From the NCBI GenBank assembly GCA_964016885.1, contig OZ024765.1, forward strand, positions 6,262,001 through 6,326,000: DNA of 64,000 bases, read 5' to 3'. Made by a program: the position numbers and the translations under genes. Shown here piece after piece: positions 27,046 through 40,745 of the stretch (position 1 is its first letter; each line of letters begins with the position of its first letter). The notes beneath the pieces are model-generated. The model worked only from the letters and a program-made list of their open reading frames with translations, searched no databases and was not told where the DNA came from. The DNA comes from Eledone cirrhosa (taxonomy: Eukaryota).

Positions 27046-28209
27046 GAAGACGAAAAAGGGAAACAGTGCATCCAGTAAACTTGTAAATATGGTATGTCTT
27101 TTCTCAGTAGAAGCTTTCCATTATAAACTTTGAAACTCTTTCAGACCCCCCCCCCCCCATTCATAGCTCCACAACTATAACATGGGTTTCTTCTTCTTTG
27201 TCTTCTTCCTCTCCTTTGTTTTCTATTTCTTCTTACTCTTCTTTGTTTTCTATTCTTCCTCTCCTTCTTCGTCTTCTATTTCTTGTTTTCTTTCTATTTT
27301 TTCTTCTTCTTGTCTTCTTTTATCCTCTACTTCACTTTCTTCTTTCTCTTCTTCCTTTCATTTTCTTCTACATTTTCCTCTTCTTTTTTTTTCTTCCTTT
27401 TCTATCTTTTCCTTCTTCTTCTTTGATTGATCATAGTAACAATGGCACCTATATTATTACTACTGACAGACGAGGTGTGGTGGTGTGGTGTGTTGTGTGG
27501 TACAGTGGTGTGTGGTGGTGTGGTGTGTGGTGTGTAGTGGTGTGGTGTGGTGGTACAGTGTTGTGTTGTGTGGGGTGGTGTGTGGTGTGGTGTTCTGGTG
27601 TGTGGTACAGTGGTGTGTGGTGGTGTGTAGTGGTGTGGTGGTACGGTGTTGTGTTGTGTGAGGTGGTGTGTGGTGTTCTGGTGTGTGGTACAGTGGTGTG
27701 TGGTGCTCTGGTGTGTGGTACAGTGGTGTGTGGTGTGTAGTTCTGGTGTGTGGTGGTGTGGTGCTCTGGTGTGTGGTACAGTGGTGTGTGGTGTGGTGTT
27801 CTGGTGTGTGAGCCACATGGCAACTTAACTACCTATCACAACTGCCATCACCACCACCATCACCCTTACCTACCTACCTACCTTTACCTTGCACCACCAC
27901 CCACCTACTCCTTCACCATCGCTGCCACCACAAGTCATCATCATCATCACCATAAACCACCACTACACACCACCACACTACCACCACCACCACACTACTA
28001 CCACCACCACCACCACACTACCACCACCACCACCGCCACCGCACTACCACCACCACCACCACCATCTCAGACTAAAATGTTTAGTCAGAGTGAAGCAATT
28101 ACACAAGACTATTGATTTTTATTATATATATTTATTTATTTGACTATTTATTGGTTTGAAAGCTATCTAGGTCTTGGAGAATTGACTCCAAAATTTTGGA
28201 AGCAGGTTG

Positions 28210-28700
28210 GCGGTATATCAGAACATATCTTTCTATCTGTCTATCTTTCTCAGGGTGGAGAGAGAGGCACTGCACCCCAGTAAATTTACTGAAAGGTGGG
28301 TGAATGAAGCGAAAATGGCCCGAGTGATTGGGCCTTCTCTTTCTATCGGTCTATCTTTCTCAGGGTGGAGAGAGAGGCACTGCACCCCAGTAAATTTACT
28401 GAAAGGTGGGTGAATGAAGCGAAAATGGCCCGAGTGATTGGGCCTTCTCTGTTTATAAGCCTGTAGGTTGAAGACGAGAACCAAAGGAAGAAGGGAGCAG
28501 CACAACACGCTCCTGGAGTTGAGGGTTGTTCTATCTACGGGGTATTAAACAACCCATTTGTGGCGCTTCCCCCCTATTGGGGATTTCGATTGTTGTAATT
28601 GTTTGTTTTATATTTTTACACGACTGTATGTAAAATCCCCGGCATGTCTTTGTATTGTCCCCTTTTCTTGTGCGCCCTTGTGGCAAATAAAGAAATCTAT
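28210..28700 (+). mobile_element. Possible L1/Tx1-like 3' end with a 123-bp tandem duplication
   Basis: Near-exact duplication within about 28230-28450, a FTERWV-like end, and aataaagaaatct followed by a microsatellite. Confidence 0.35.
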
Positions 28701-29254
28701 CTGTCTATCTTTCTATCTGTCTATCAGAACATCTGTCTATCTGTCTGTCTGTGTGTGTGTGGAGAGAGAGGTGTGTGTGATGGGGTGGGTAGAGCGTGTG
28801 TGTGTATGTGAAGGAGGGGGGGTCTAAGGTGCATGTGTGTGTGTGTGTGTATGTCTGAGGGGTGCATGTGTGTGGAGAGAGGTGGGCGTGTGAGGGGGTG
28901 GGTGAAGGAGTGGTTGGAGGAGTGTGTGAGGTGTGGGTGGAGGAGTGTGTGTGTGTGGAGGAGTGTATGTGTGTGTGGAGGGGGGTCTAAGAGTGTGTGT
29001 GTGTCTGAAAGGGGTGTGTGTTAGTGTCCGAGGGTGTGTGTGTGTGTGTGTGTGTGTATGGAGGTGTGTGTGTGTGTGTGTGGAGGTGTGTGTGTCTGAA
29101 GGGGCAATATTAATGACAAGACAATAAGCTACATAATGTGACAACTATGACAGAAACTGACAGCAACACGCAACATCCAACTTGAGAAATGGCTACTGTT
29201 TAGAAAATGTAAGAAAAACATCCTCAAACAACAGAAAACTTTGTAACAACAGTC

Positions 29255-30489
29255 TTCTTCTTCTTCTTCTTCTTCACCTACTTATTCCTGAGAGGGTCGT
29301 GGGGGCAGACTCCTCAAACACTCCTTCCAGCAGGTCCTGTCAGAAGCAAATGTATCCAACTGATCCAGCTGGATCCCCAAACGAGACCAGCCAAGTTCAT
29401 GGATGCTATCCAACCATCTTGCTAGAGGTGGGTCTACCCCTGGGTCTCCTGTTGGTTGGTTTCACCCATAAAATCTGTCCAACGATTCTTTCCTGAGACA
29501 TTCTAACCACATATCCAAAGTATCAGAGCTGTGGTCTCTCAATTCGGAGAAGTAGCAGCTCTACCTGAAGCGACTCTCTGATCTCCGAGCTACAAATCTG
29601 TCCAGTGATTCTTTCCTGAGACATTCTAACAACATGTCCATAGTATCAGAGCTGTGATCTCTCAATTCAGAGAAGTAGCAGCTCTACCTGAAGCGACTCT
29701 CTGATCTCCGAGCTACAAATCTGTCCAGTGATTCTTTCCTGAGACATTCTAACAACATGTCCATAGTATCAGAGCTGTGGTCTCTCAATTCGGAGAAGTA
29801 GCAGCTCTACCTGGAGTGACTCTCTGATCTCCGAGCTACAAATCTGTCCAGTGATTCTTTCCCGAGATATTCTAACCACATGTCCATAGTATCAGAGCTG
29901 TGATCTCTCAATTCAGAGAAGTAGCAGCTCTACCTGAAGCGACTCTCTGATCTCCGAGCTACAAATCTGTCCAGTGATTCTTTCCTGAGACATTCTAACC
30001 ACATGTCCATAGTATCAGAGCTGTGATCTCTCAATTAAGAGAAGTAGCAGCTCTACCTGGAGTGACTCTCTGATCTCCGAGCAACAAATATGTCCAGTGA
30101 TTCTTTCCTGAGACATTCTAACAACATGTCCATAGTATCAGAGCTGTGGTCTCTCAATTCGGAGAAGTAGCAGCTCTACCTGGAGTGACTCTCTGATCTC
30201 CGAGCTACAAATCTGTCCAGTGATTCTTTCCTGAGACATTCTAACAACATGTCCATAGTATCAGAGCTGTGGTCTCTCAATTCGGAGAAGTAGCAGCTCT
30301 ACCTGGAGTGACTCTCTGATCTCCGAGCTACAAATCTGTCCAGTGATTCTTTCCTGAGACATTCTAACCACATGTCCATAGTATCAGAGCTGTGATCTCT
30401 CAATTCAGAGAAGTAGCAGCTCTACCTGGAGTGACTCTCTGATCTCCAAGCTACAAATCTGTCCAGTGATTCTTTCCTGAGCCATTCTA

Positions 30490-30490
<1 letters not shown>
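29255..30490 (-). mobile_element. Same RTE-like family, reverse orientation, 123-bp array (~8 units)
   Basis: Reverse complement of the 26.2-27.0 kb units, with a (ctt)n tail at the left. Confidence 0.85.
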
Positions 30491-30540
<50 letters not shown>

Positions 30541-30699
30541 TATTTGAAATTAAGTGTTTTGCTCAAGAACACAACATGCAACCCAGGAATCGAACCTACA
30601 ACATTATTATGATCATAAGTCCAACACCCTTACCACTAGGCCACATACCTCCACACACACACATATCTATATATATATATGTTCTGGTCCCGTAACTCC

Positions 30700-31140
30700 T
30701 GATAGAGTCATAGGGGGACCATATTGACATGCAGCATTTCTTGGACACTTTTAAGCCTGGCGGAGCCCACCCCTCTCCAGGCCTACACATTTGCTCTCCA
30801 TGTGTCTAACACACGTGGACATGCCTACAAGATCAGAAAACAGCACAGCTCCCATGACTTTCGTAGACATTTTTTCACGCTCAGAGTTGCTGTAGCATGG
30901 AACTGCCTGCGTCAATTGTTAGCTGCCGAGACACTGCATCCTTTAAGACACTCATGCTTCCCAAAATACGCCAAAACTACACCTGATGTACCCCTTCCAT
31001 ACACATGCACACGTGTGTATCATGACTCGTGCACTGTTCATTTTACTGATGTTTGTGCATTGCCCTATGTACTGTACATGCACTTTTTTGATGAGTTGTG
31101 GTGCACCTGGGCACTGTACACAATATTTCATTATTGTTAT
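30700..31140 (+). mobile_element. CR1-group LINE 3' fragment
   Basis: NTRGHAYKIRKQHSSHDFRRHFFTLRVAVAWN, the conserved CR1 ORF2 tail. Confidence 0.8.
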
Positions 31141-31158
31141 TGTTATTATATCATGACT

Positions 31159-31345
31159 TAGGGCGGTGGATTGGCAGTATCGGTAGAGGGTTTGACGCCA
31201 TGCTTTCCATCATAGTTACGTCCCTTTACGATCTGAGTTCAAATCCCGCCGAGGTTGACTTTGCCTTTCATCCTTACGGGGTCGATAAAATAAAGTACCA
31301 GTAATGCACTGGGTAATTGCTGGCCTTGTGCCTAAAGTAGAAACA
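31159..31345 (+). mobile_element. tRNA-derived SINE family A (Meta-domain-like), representative copy
   Basis: B-box gagttcaaatcc, core gactttgcctttcatccttacggggtcgataaaataaagtaccag, 17-bp TSD gttattatatcatgact. Other copies lie near 10431, 14618(-), 38650, 48000, 49805(-), 53890, 54055, 56325, 56993, 60640, 60958(-), 61535 and 61912. Confidence 0.85.
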
Positions 31346-31481
31346 GTTATTATATCATGACTCATGCACTGTTCATTTTCCTGACATTTGTACATTATTC
31401 TATGTACTATACATGCACCTTTGATGAGTTGTAGTGCACCTGAGCACTGTACACAACAATTTCATTATTATTATTATTATC

Positions 31482-31556
<75 letters not shown>

Positions 31557-31673
31557 CGAAGGAAGTGAGATAAGGAACCAGGTGGACCATAACGCACCAG
31601 AGTACTCGATACTTTGGGTAGTAGAGTGGGTAATAGGAAAAGGTTCATGAACCTTTTCCTATATATATATATA

Positions 31674-32061
31674 CGAGGGCAAAAGTAAGGTCTCTTTCCG
31701 ATATTGCAACTTTTCCGCTAAAATCCTGTGGATGGTGGTTCGGGAAACCTCAGGAACTAAAATGCAGAGAGCATCCAGAGTGATCCGCCGATCTTTACGC
31801 ATGTTTTCCTCGGAAGGAGTCCTTATTTTGGGGATTGCCCTTGTATATAATAACTGCGCCAAATTCACACTTGGCGGTAGCGTTCAACGGGAGCTCCATT
31901 CTCAACGGCTGCCAAGCCAAGATTGAGCATCCCAGCGAAGCGCGCGCATGCTTGTTTGGGAGTGAAGGAAGCCCCAATCACAACAGTGTTGCCAACAGCC
32001 GTACAAACAGTTTCTCTGCATCCCCATCGCTTTGGAGACCTCACTTTTGGGATTTCCCTCT
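31674..32061 (-). mobile_element. Rearranged mariner remnant with three TIR copies
   Basis: TIR-like cgagggc(..)aaaagtaaggtctc at 31674, reverse copies ending near 31843 and 32061. Encodes mariner N-terminal pieces (MELPLNATAKCE; DRRITLDALC...SRTTIHRILAEKLQYRK). Confidence 0.7.
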
Positions 32062-32549
32062 TATATATATATATATGTATGTAAAAGGTAATCAGAAATA
32101 ACAACACAATTGGTACAGTATATGGAAGGAATATATTAGGTTAACACTTGAAATAGCAGGAAGAGGGTCTTAACGTTTCAGACGCTAGTCCTTCATCGGA
32201 AGAAAGAATAAGAAATAAGATAGATTGAAGGGACGGGCGGGGTGGAATTGGAAAAAATATTTTTTGAAAAAAATAACCGGTCCATTTATACCATAATAAA
32301 AAGTTAAAAGAAGAAAAACAATATATATATTATAGCAGATTATTCTTTGCCTTCTGCTTCCAGCTGAGAGAAAGTCAGAGGAATATATTTGGTACTGCCA
32401 GCTACACTGTTAGTTAAGTCATTCTTGGACACTAATCAAAGAAAAGTACTAAATTCTGTACATGTGTTGTATGACAAAGAATATCCCATTACTGGTTTCT
32501 GTGCCAAGACCTGGCAACTTTAAAAGGTGTTAGTGGTGAATGTGTGTGT

Positions 32550-32784
32550 AAGTGTATGTCTATGTGTGTATGTCTACATAAATGTATGGGTATGCGTGTG
32601 CATGTATGTATGTACATATATATATATATATTATACGACACACATACATATATATATATATATTTGTGTGTATGTGTTTGATTATATATATATATTATAT
32701 GACATACATACATATATATATATACATATGTGTATGTTTGTCTATATAAATGTATGTATGTACATATATATATTACACGACATG

Positions 32785-32818
<34 letters not shown>

Positions 32819-34410
32819 TGTGTGTATGTGTTTGTCTATATAAATGTATGTGTATGTATGTACATATATATATTACATGACATACATATATATATATATA
32901 TTTGTGTGTATGTGTTTGTCTATATAAATGTATGTGTATGAATGTACATATATATATTACACGACATACATACATACATATATATATTTGTGTGTATGTG
33001 TTTGTCTATATAAATGTATGTGTATGTATGTACATATATATATTACACGACATACATACATACATATATATATATATATATTTGTCTGTATGTGTTTGTC
33101 TATATAAATGTATGTGTATGAATGTACATATATATATTACACGACATACATACATACATATATATATTTGTGTGTATGTGTTTGTCTATATAAATGTATG
33201 TGTATGTATGTACATATATATATTACACGACATACATACATACATATATATATATATATTTGTGTGTATGTGTTTGTCTATATAAATGTATGTGTATGTA
33301 TGTACATATATATATTACACGACATACATACATACATATATATATATATATTTGTGTGTATGTGTTTGTCTATATAAATGTATGTGTATGTATGTATGTA
33401 CATATATATATTATATGATACAGACACACGGGTGGAGAGATTCTGTGCTGAATAGGACCCGTCCCACCCTTGCAAGCAGGGAAAAGCGAGTGTATGATGA
33501 TGATGATGTGTGTATGTGTGTGTTTGTATATATAAATGTATGTATGTATGTACATATATATATTATATGACACACACACACATATATATATATATTTGTG
33601 TGTGTGTGTTGGTCTATATAAATGTATGTGTATCTGCATGTATATATGTATGTGTTGGTCTATATAAATGTATGTCTATGCATGTATGTACGTATGTATG
33701 TACATATTATACAACACACATACATATATATATGTGTGTGTATGTATATATAAATGTATGTGTATGTATGTACATATATATATTATATGACACACACACA
33801 TATATATATATTTGTGTGTGTGTTGGTCTATATAAATGTGTGTATGTGCCTGTATATATGTATGTGTATGTATGTATGTATGTATGTGTTGGTCTATATA
33901 AATGTATGTCTATGCATGTATATATGTATGTATGTGTTGGTCTATATAAATGTATGTACATATTATACAACACACATACATATATATATGTGTGTATGTG
34001 TGTGTTTGTATATATAAATGTATGTGTATGTATGTACATATATATATTATATGACACACACACATATATATATATATGTGTGTGTGTTGGTCTATATAAA
34101 TGTGTGTATGTGCCTGTATATATGTATGTGTATGTATGTATGTATGTGTTGGTCTATATAAATGTATGTCTATGCATGTATGTATATGTGTGTGTATGTA
34201 TGTATGTACATATTATACAACACACATACATATATATATATATATGTGCGTATGTGTTTGTCTATATAAATGTATGTGTATGTGTGTACATGTATATATG
34301 TTTGTACATATATTATATGACATACACATACATATATATATATATATTTGTGTGTATTTGTCTATATAAATGTGTTATGTATATGTATATATATATGTAT
34401 GTATATATAT
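32550..34410. repeat. ~90-bp TA/TG-rich minisatellite
   Basis: Recurrent gtctatataaatgtatg...tattacacgac. Confidence 0.9.
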
Positions 34411-34631
34411 AGCACTCACTGTAAATGAGGTTGGTGTTAGGAAGGGCATCCAGCTGTAGAAATCAACCCAAAATCAGTTCCTGTATGAGCAAGGCATGGT
34501 CAGCCAACCAGACACTGCCTACAACAGGACAACCCGTCTAACCCATGCTAGCATGGAAGAACGGACGTAAAACGGTGATGATGATGATGTATGTACATAT
34601 ATATATTATATGACACACATATATATATATA

Positions 34632-35912
34632 CGAGGTGTGTCAGAAAAGATTTATTTCAAACCCAAACTTCACACTAAGAGTTTTCTCCTTCAAAGTAAT
34701 CCCCTTGGAGTCTAATGCACTTTTCCACCCTTTTCTGCCACGCTTGCATGCACTCCTGGAAGGATTCTTCCGGGATCCTCCGCAGTTCCGTCATCACGGC
34801 CTTTTTTATGTCGTCCACGTCTTCAAAACGGGTCCCCTTGATGACCCCCTTCAGCGTGGGGAATAGGAAAAAATCACACGGAGCCAGGTCAGGGGAGTAG
34901 GAAGGTTGCTCCAGCACGGCGATGTTCTTCTCGGCCAGGAACTGTCGGATGCTCAGGGCATTGTGAGCAGGCGTGTTGTCATGGTGAAGTAGCCACGAGT
35001 TGTCCTGCCACAACTCTCGCCTCTTCTCAAGCACTGAACGAAGCAAACGCTGTAGTAACTCTTTGTAGACATGTTGGTTGATCGTCTGGCCCTGTGGCAA
35101 GAACTCGCAGTGGACGATCCCCCTCACATTGAAGAATGTGATCAACATAACCTTGACTTTGGACTTCGACTGTCGTGCTTTCTTCGGCCTTGGCGACGAT
35201 GGACTCTTCCACTGAAGGCTCTGGCGTTTGGTTTCCGGGTCGTACTCGAAGATCCATGACTCATCACCGGTGATGACTGTCCCTAGCAAGTCTGGTTCGG
35301 TTTCAAGACGCTCAAGGATGTCCTGGCACACTTGCATGCGTCGACCCTTCTGGTCATCGTTCAGCAGTTTTGGCACCATCTTCGCGCAGACTTTCCGCAT
35401 GTCCAAATCTTCAGTGAGAACCTTCCAGACGCTGTCCCGATTCATGCCCAGCTCGTTTGCCATCAGTCGAACAATCAGCCGATGATCGCTACGCATCATC
35501 TGCCTGACGCGCTCAACGTTGACCTCAGTCCTGGTTGGTGAGGGCCTTCCGCTCCTGGGGTCATCCTCGCGTCCTTCTTTAAATGTCTTGCACCACTCAA
35601 AAACACATGAGCATGACATCGTCTCAACTCCATACACTTGCTGCAGCAATCCCAGTGCTTCTGACAGAGTTTTCCCCAACCGTACCAGAAACTTCAAGTT
35701 TGTTCGTTGCTCTGTGCTCATTGCTAGACGACCTGAAATCGAGGACATGTATATAAAATTATGAAGAAAAAAGTTTGATCGCTGCAGAGAGCTAAGATTA
35801 CAGTTCCATACTCCAGGGGGATTACTTTGAAGGAGAAAACTCTTAGTGTGAAGTTTGGGTTGGAAAAAAATCTTTTGTGACATCAGTCCTGGAACTTTTC
35901 TGACACATCTCG
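34632..35912 (-). mobile_element. Full-length mariner (DD34D) DNA transposon
   Basis: TA-flanked ends cgaggtgtgtcagaaaag / cttttctgacacatctcg, extended inverted repeats, and an internal transposase ORF. Confidence 0.95.
34675..35721 (-). CDS. mariner transposase, 348 aa, open frame
   Basis: MSTEQRTNLKF start; HTH region with PRSGRP; KMVPKLL (WVPHEL-like); catalytic TGDESW, HHDNTPAH and YSPDLAPCD with 34 residues between D2 and D3; ends GDYFEGENS*. Confidence 0.9.
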   Translation of the reverse strand: MSTEQRTNLKFLVRLGKTLSEALGLLQQVYGVETMSCSCVFEWCKTFKEGREDDPRSGRPSPTRTEVNVERVRQMMRSDHRLIVRLMANELGMNRDSVWKVLTEDLDMRKVCAKMVPKLLNDDQKGRRMQVCQDILERLETEPDLLGTVITGDESWIFEYDPETKRQSLQWKSPSSPRPKKARQSKSKVKVMLITFFNVRGIVHCEFLPQGQTINQHVYKELLQRLLRSVLEKRRELWQDNSWLLHHDNTPAHNALSIRQFLAEKNIAVLEQPSYSPDLAPCDFFLFPTLKGVIKGTRFEDVDDIKKAVMTELRRIPEESFQECMQAWQKRVEKCIRLQGDYFEGENS

Positions 35913-36106
35913 TATATATATGTTTGTGTATGTGTTGGTATATACAAATGTATATCTGTGTATGCATATATGTATGTATGTACATATATATATATATATT
36001 ATACTACACACACACATATATATATATATTTGTGTATATGTGTTTGTCTATATAAATGTATATGTGCATATGGGTGCATGTATGTATATATATATTACAT
36101 ATATGG

Positions 36107-36500
36107 AGGCACATGGCTTAGTGGTTAGAGCATTGGCCTTGCAATCGAAAGGTTGTGAGTTCAATTCTCAGACCGGGTGATGGGTTGTTTCCTTGAGCAA
36201 GACACTTTATTTCACATTTCTCCAGTTTACTCAGCTGTAGAAATGAGATGATAGGGACTAGGGTCCCTATCATTCCACTGCAAAGTGGTCATGAGGGGCC
36301 ACGGCAAAAAAGCACCCAGCACTCACTGTAAATGAGGTTGGTGTTAGGAAGGGCATCCAGTTGTAGAAATCAAACCAGAATCAGTTCCTGTATGAGCAAG
36401 GCATGGTCAGCCGACCGGACACTGCCCACAACAGGACAACCCGTCTAACCCATGCTAGCGTGGAAGAACGGACGTAAAACAGTGATGATGATGATGATGA
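36107..36500 (+). mobile_element. tRNA-derived SINE family B (CORE-like body, RTE-like tail), representative copy
   Basis: A-box tggcttagtgg, B-box gagttcaattc, ccttgagcaagacacttt, gttaggaagggcatccag, (gat)n tail. Other copies at 2425-2768(-), 6636-6977(-), 16265-17195 and 62556-62890. Confidence 0.85.
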
Positions 36501-36662
36501 TATATATATATATATAGTGTCTGCTGTTGGTACGATTATGCCAAAGTTTTAGCTAATATCTGGTCCTCATATATATATCCAGATGGCTTCCAAAAATAAT
36601 GGTTGCATTTTAAAAGGGTACGTCAAAACTTATTTGTAAAACTGTTATATATTGTATTTTGT

Positions 36663-36710
36663 CTGATGAAGGCATACCATAATTTAATTTGGTATCCCTG
36701 AAATATGTAT
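36663..36710 (+). ncRNA. Degenerate hammerhead core
   Basis: CUGAUGA-agg c auacca...ugguau c cc u-GAAA; helix III is poor. Confidence 0.4.
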
Positions 36711-36847
36711 AATGAAATAAATATGGTTTTATAAATATAGTTTCCATTTATTAATATCGTATATCTATTCCAAATACTTGTCGAGTGCTTTATATCAGTT
36801 ATAAAAATATTTACTTGTTGTATCCCAACAATTTTAAATAGAACTTT

Positions 36848-36921
<74 letters not shown>

Positions 36922-37123
36922 GATAAATCTACCAAGAGTTTACGGTAGTGTCCAATCCGTATGAAGAACTCAATGTAATCCGGATATCATGGAAAGAAGA
37001 GATGCAATGAAAAATCACTTTCGGTGAAAGATAAACGGAATAGAGTCAAGATAAAATATTAAAAAAATAATGAATAAAACAATGAAACAGTTCCTTATAT
37101 TAAACAAAAAAAGTTCATATTAT

Positions 37124-37157
<34 letters not shown>

Positions 37158-37483
37158 ATAATAATAAATGTGAAGACTAAAATCCGAAGAATGCACGATA
37201 AAGATAAATTCACTGTTAAGGGTGAAAACAGCAATTCTTTGCTTAAACTTTAATCTATTATTTTAATAAATATATATATATATATATATTAATATATACC
37301 CATACTAGCATGGAAGATAGACGTTAAACGCTGATGATGATGATGATATATTCGATGTTATCGAAACAGCCGGAGGTCAGCCATTAGGGTCCTGACTTTT
37401 TTCCTACTACCCACTCTACTACCCTAAGTATCGAGTACTCTGGTGCGTTGTGGTCCACTTCATTCCTTACCATACTTTCTTTG

Positions 37484-37528
<45 letters not shown>

Positions 37529-37529
<1 letters not shown>

Positions 37530-37600
37530 GAGGGTAATCCCAAAAGTAAGGTCTCCAAAGTGATGGGGACGCAGAGAAACTGTTCGTACGGCTGTTAGCA
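37529..37600 (+). mobile_element. 5' end fragment of the same mariner family
   Basis: ta|cgagggtaatcccaaaagtaaggtctccaaagtgatggggacgcagagaaactg matches the reverse complement of about 31995-32061. Confidence 0.75.
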
Positions 37601-39574
37601 TGGAAGAACGGACGTAAAACGGTGATGATGATGATATATATATATATGTACATGTATGTATATATATATGTGTGTACATGTATATATATATATATATATA
37701 TGAGGACCAGATATTAGTTAAAATTCTGACATAATCGTATCAAGTACCAAACACCATTTTCAACATGTCTAGAGACTGCTAAACCAACCAATAAATTATT
37801 TCTGTTTTACTATCGATCTTTATCTGTTTACATTTTATTTGTGGTTTTGTTTTTTACTTGTTTTATTGATTTCTGTTCTTATTGATCTGTTCCTATTGAT
37901 CTGTTGTCATTATTCATGATAAATGATTGTGGTCGATTGGGAGAGTCGTTAGGGCATCTGATAACTGCTCTGCAGTGTTTGTTGAGACTCATTATGCTGA
38001 GAGTTTAAATCCCCCTCCTGGGGTTTGATAAAATAAAGTACCAGTCATGTACTAGGGTTAGAGGCAGATGGCCTAGTGGTTAAGGGTGTTGGACTTCCGA
38101 TCATAATGTTGCAGGTTCGATTCCTGGATTGGGTTGTGTGTTGTGTTCTTGAGCAAAGTACTTCATTTCAAGTTACTCCAGTAGTAAAGGTGCTGAACTT
38201 ACGATCATAATGTAATGGGTTTGATTCCTGGACTGGTTTGTAAGTTGTGTTCTTGAGCAAAACACCTCATTTCACATTGCCCCAGTACACTCAGCTGAAA
38301 ATGAGTACCAGTAATAGCTGGGAGTTTAACCCTGTGATAGACTGGCGTCCTGTTCTGTAGGGAATCCTGTACTTTCAGCTGCTTAAAACTCGGGATAAGC
38401 ACCAACTTGTTGAGCCTCTGGGCTCGAGACAGACTTAAGACATATACTAGGGATGATAAAACTTACTTTCTACAGGCCCCAAACTACTGACCTTGGGCCT
38501 AAACTAGAAACAATTATAACTGACTTTCCACTCCCCTAAAATTACTGGCCTTCTGCCTAAATTAGAACTATTATTATTAACCAGTAATGAACTGAGTAAT
38601 TGCTGGCCTTGTGCCTAAAGTAGAAACAATTATTATTGATAATAATAAAACAGAGTTACGGTCCTTGCCATTCTGAGTTCAAATCCCGCCGAGGTTAACT
38701 TTGCCTTTCATCCTTACGGGGTCGATAAAATAAAGTACCAGTAATACACTGGGATAATTGCTGGCCTTGTGCCAGAAGTAGAAAGAATTATTATTGATAA
38801 AATATAGTACCAGTAATGCACTGGGGTTGATTTAACTTACTTTCCACTCCTCTACATTGTTGGCCTTGTGCCTAAATTAGGAAGAATTATTTATGGTAAA
38901 TAGTTCATTTTGTTGTTGTTGTTGTTGTTGTTGTTTAAGGTCCATTAAAGAATGCAAAGGACAGATTGTTGACCGATTGGTTGATGTATGTGATGTAAAA
39001 ATAAAAAAACAATACAACTAATAATAAAAACCTTGAAGAGGAGTTCATAAAACATTTATCAGAGACTAAGCCAACAGAAGAAAATAACAATAGAATAGAT
39101 ATCCTTTTGTGAGTGAGATTCTGTTGGTTAAGTGATAGCTGTTAAAAAAAATGGATTCTATTATTCCGTTATTCGTCTTATCTATTATTCTCATTCATGT
39201 AATACCCTGCATATAATCTTGTACACACTAATACTCTCTGTTTTTGCGTTAATAGTAATTAGTGGAAGCTGTTGACCAAACAACCTTAATCAACTGCTCT
39301 TCATTCATTTACGACTGTCTCATTGTATGGACATTGATCCAAGTTACCCCGTTGTTTCAATAGGTCTTTAGAAATTCTAGCCACAACACTCTGTAGACAT
39401 GATGTCACACTAATGTGTTTCCGTTGTCGGAGCTTAAATTTCTAGGTCTTCTATATATAGCTAAGATGTTTTAAACTGTGATACTTAAGCAACCTTAGGA
39501 GTATACTTCTCTCATCCTTTATTTTATCGACTCTGGAAAGACAAAAAGTGAAAGAAGTCTTAGTCTTCTATGGG

Positions 39575-40490
39575 CTAGTAGTAAGGGTGTTGGACTTGGT
39601 TGAGTTCTTGAGCAAAACACTTCATTTCATGTTGCTCCAGTGGTAAGGGAGTTGGTCTTATGATCATAAGGTTGTGGGGTTTGATTCCTGGACTGGGTTG
39701 TGTGTTGTGTTCTTGATCAAAACACTTCATTTCATGTTGCTCCAGTAGTAAGGATGTTGGTCTTATGGTCATAAGGTTGTGGGTTTGATTCCTGGACTGC
39801 GTTGTGTGTTGTGTTCTTGAGCAAAACACTTCATTTTATGTTGCTCCAGTGGTAAGGGTGTTGGTCTTATGATCATAAGGTTGTGGGTTTGATTCCTGGA
39901 CTGGGTTGTGTGCTGTGTTCTTGAGCAAAACACTTCACTTCATGTTGCTCCAGTGGTAAAGGTGTTGGTCTTATGATCATAAGGTTATGGGTTTGATTCC
40001 TGGACTGCGTTGTGTGTTGTGTTCTTGAGCAAAACACTTCATTTTATGTTGCTCCAGTGGTAAAGGTGTTGGACTTATGATCATAAGGTTGTAGGTTTGA
40101 TTCTTGGACTAGGTTGTGTGCTGTGCTGTGTTCTTGAGCAAAACACTTCACTTCATGTTGCTCCAGTAGTAAGGGTGTTGGACTTGGTTGTGTTCTTGAG
40201 CAAAACACTTCACTTCAGGTTGCTCCAGTGGTGAAGATGTTGGACTTATGATCATAAGGTCGTGGGTTGTGTGTTATATTCTTGAATAAAAGACTTCATT
40301 TCACATTGCTTCAGTGGTAAAGGAGTTGGACTAATCATCATAATATCATGGGTTCAATTCCAGGACTGGGTTGTGTGTTGGTTGTGTTCTTGAGCAAAAC
40401 ACTTCATTTCAAGTCACTCCAGTGGTAAGGGTGTTGGACTTACAATCATAGTGTCATAGGTTCAATTCCAGGACTGGGTTCTGTGTGTTC
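39575..40490 (+). repeat. ~100-bp tandem array of tRNA-SINE heads
   Basis: Repeated agtggtaagggtgttgg...ggtttgattcc...gtgttcttgagcaaaacacttc (A/B-box-like plus CORE-like segment). Confidence 0.8.
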
Positions 40491-40745
40491 TGAAGGTTTA
40501 ACCCTTCAATGGACTGGTGTTGACATGATTGACTAAACCTAAACCGTTTCTAGGTGGTGCCCCAGCATGACCACTGTCCAAAGATTGAAAAAAAAATAAA
40601 AGAAATTCAAACAACACATTCGGTATTGTTTTTTCTTTTTGTTTTATAGTTCCCTTCATACTATAGATTGTTGTTGTTGTTGTTGTTGTTGTTGTGCTTT
40701 GTCAGTGGAATAGCTGAGCAAGCTGTTGCAGTAATAAACAGCCCC

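Noticed and set aside
35722-35985. N-terminal extension of the 436-aa transposase ORF (possible SETMAR-like fusion)
   Set aside because: The extension translates microsatellite and TIR sequence; there is no SET domain; the real start is probably ATG 35721.
36107-36180. tRNA genes
   Set aside because: A/B boxes belong to SINE heads that continue into SINE bodies; there is no complete cloverleaf or terminator.
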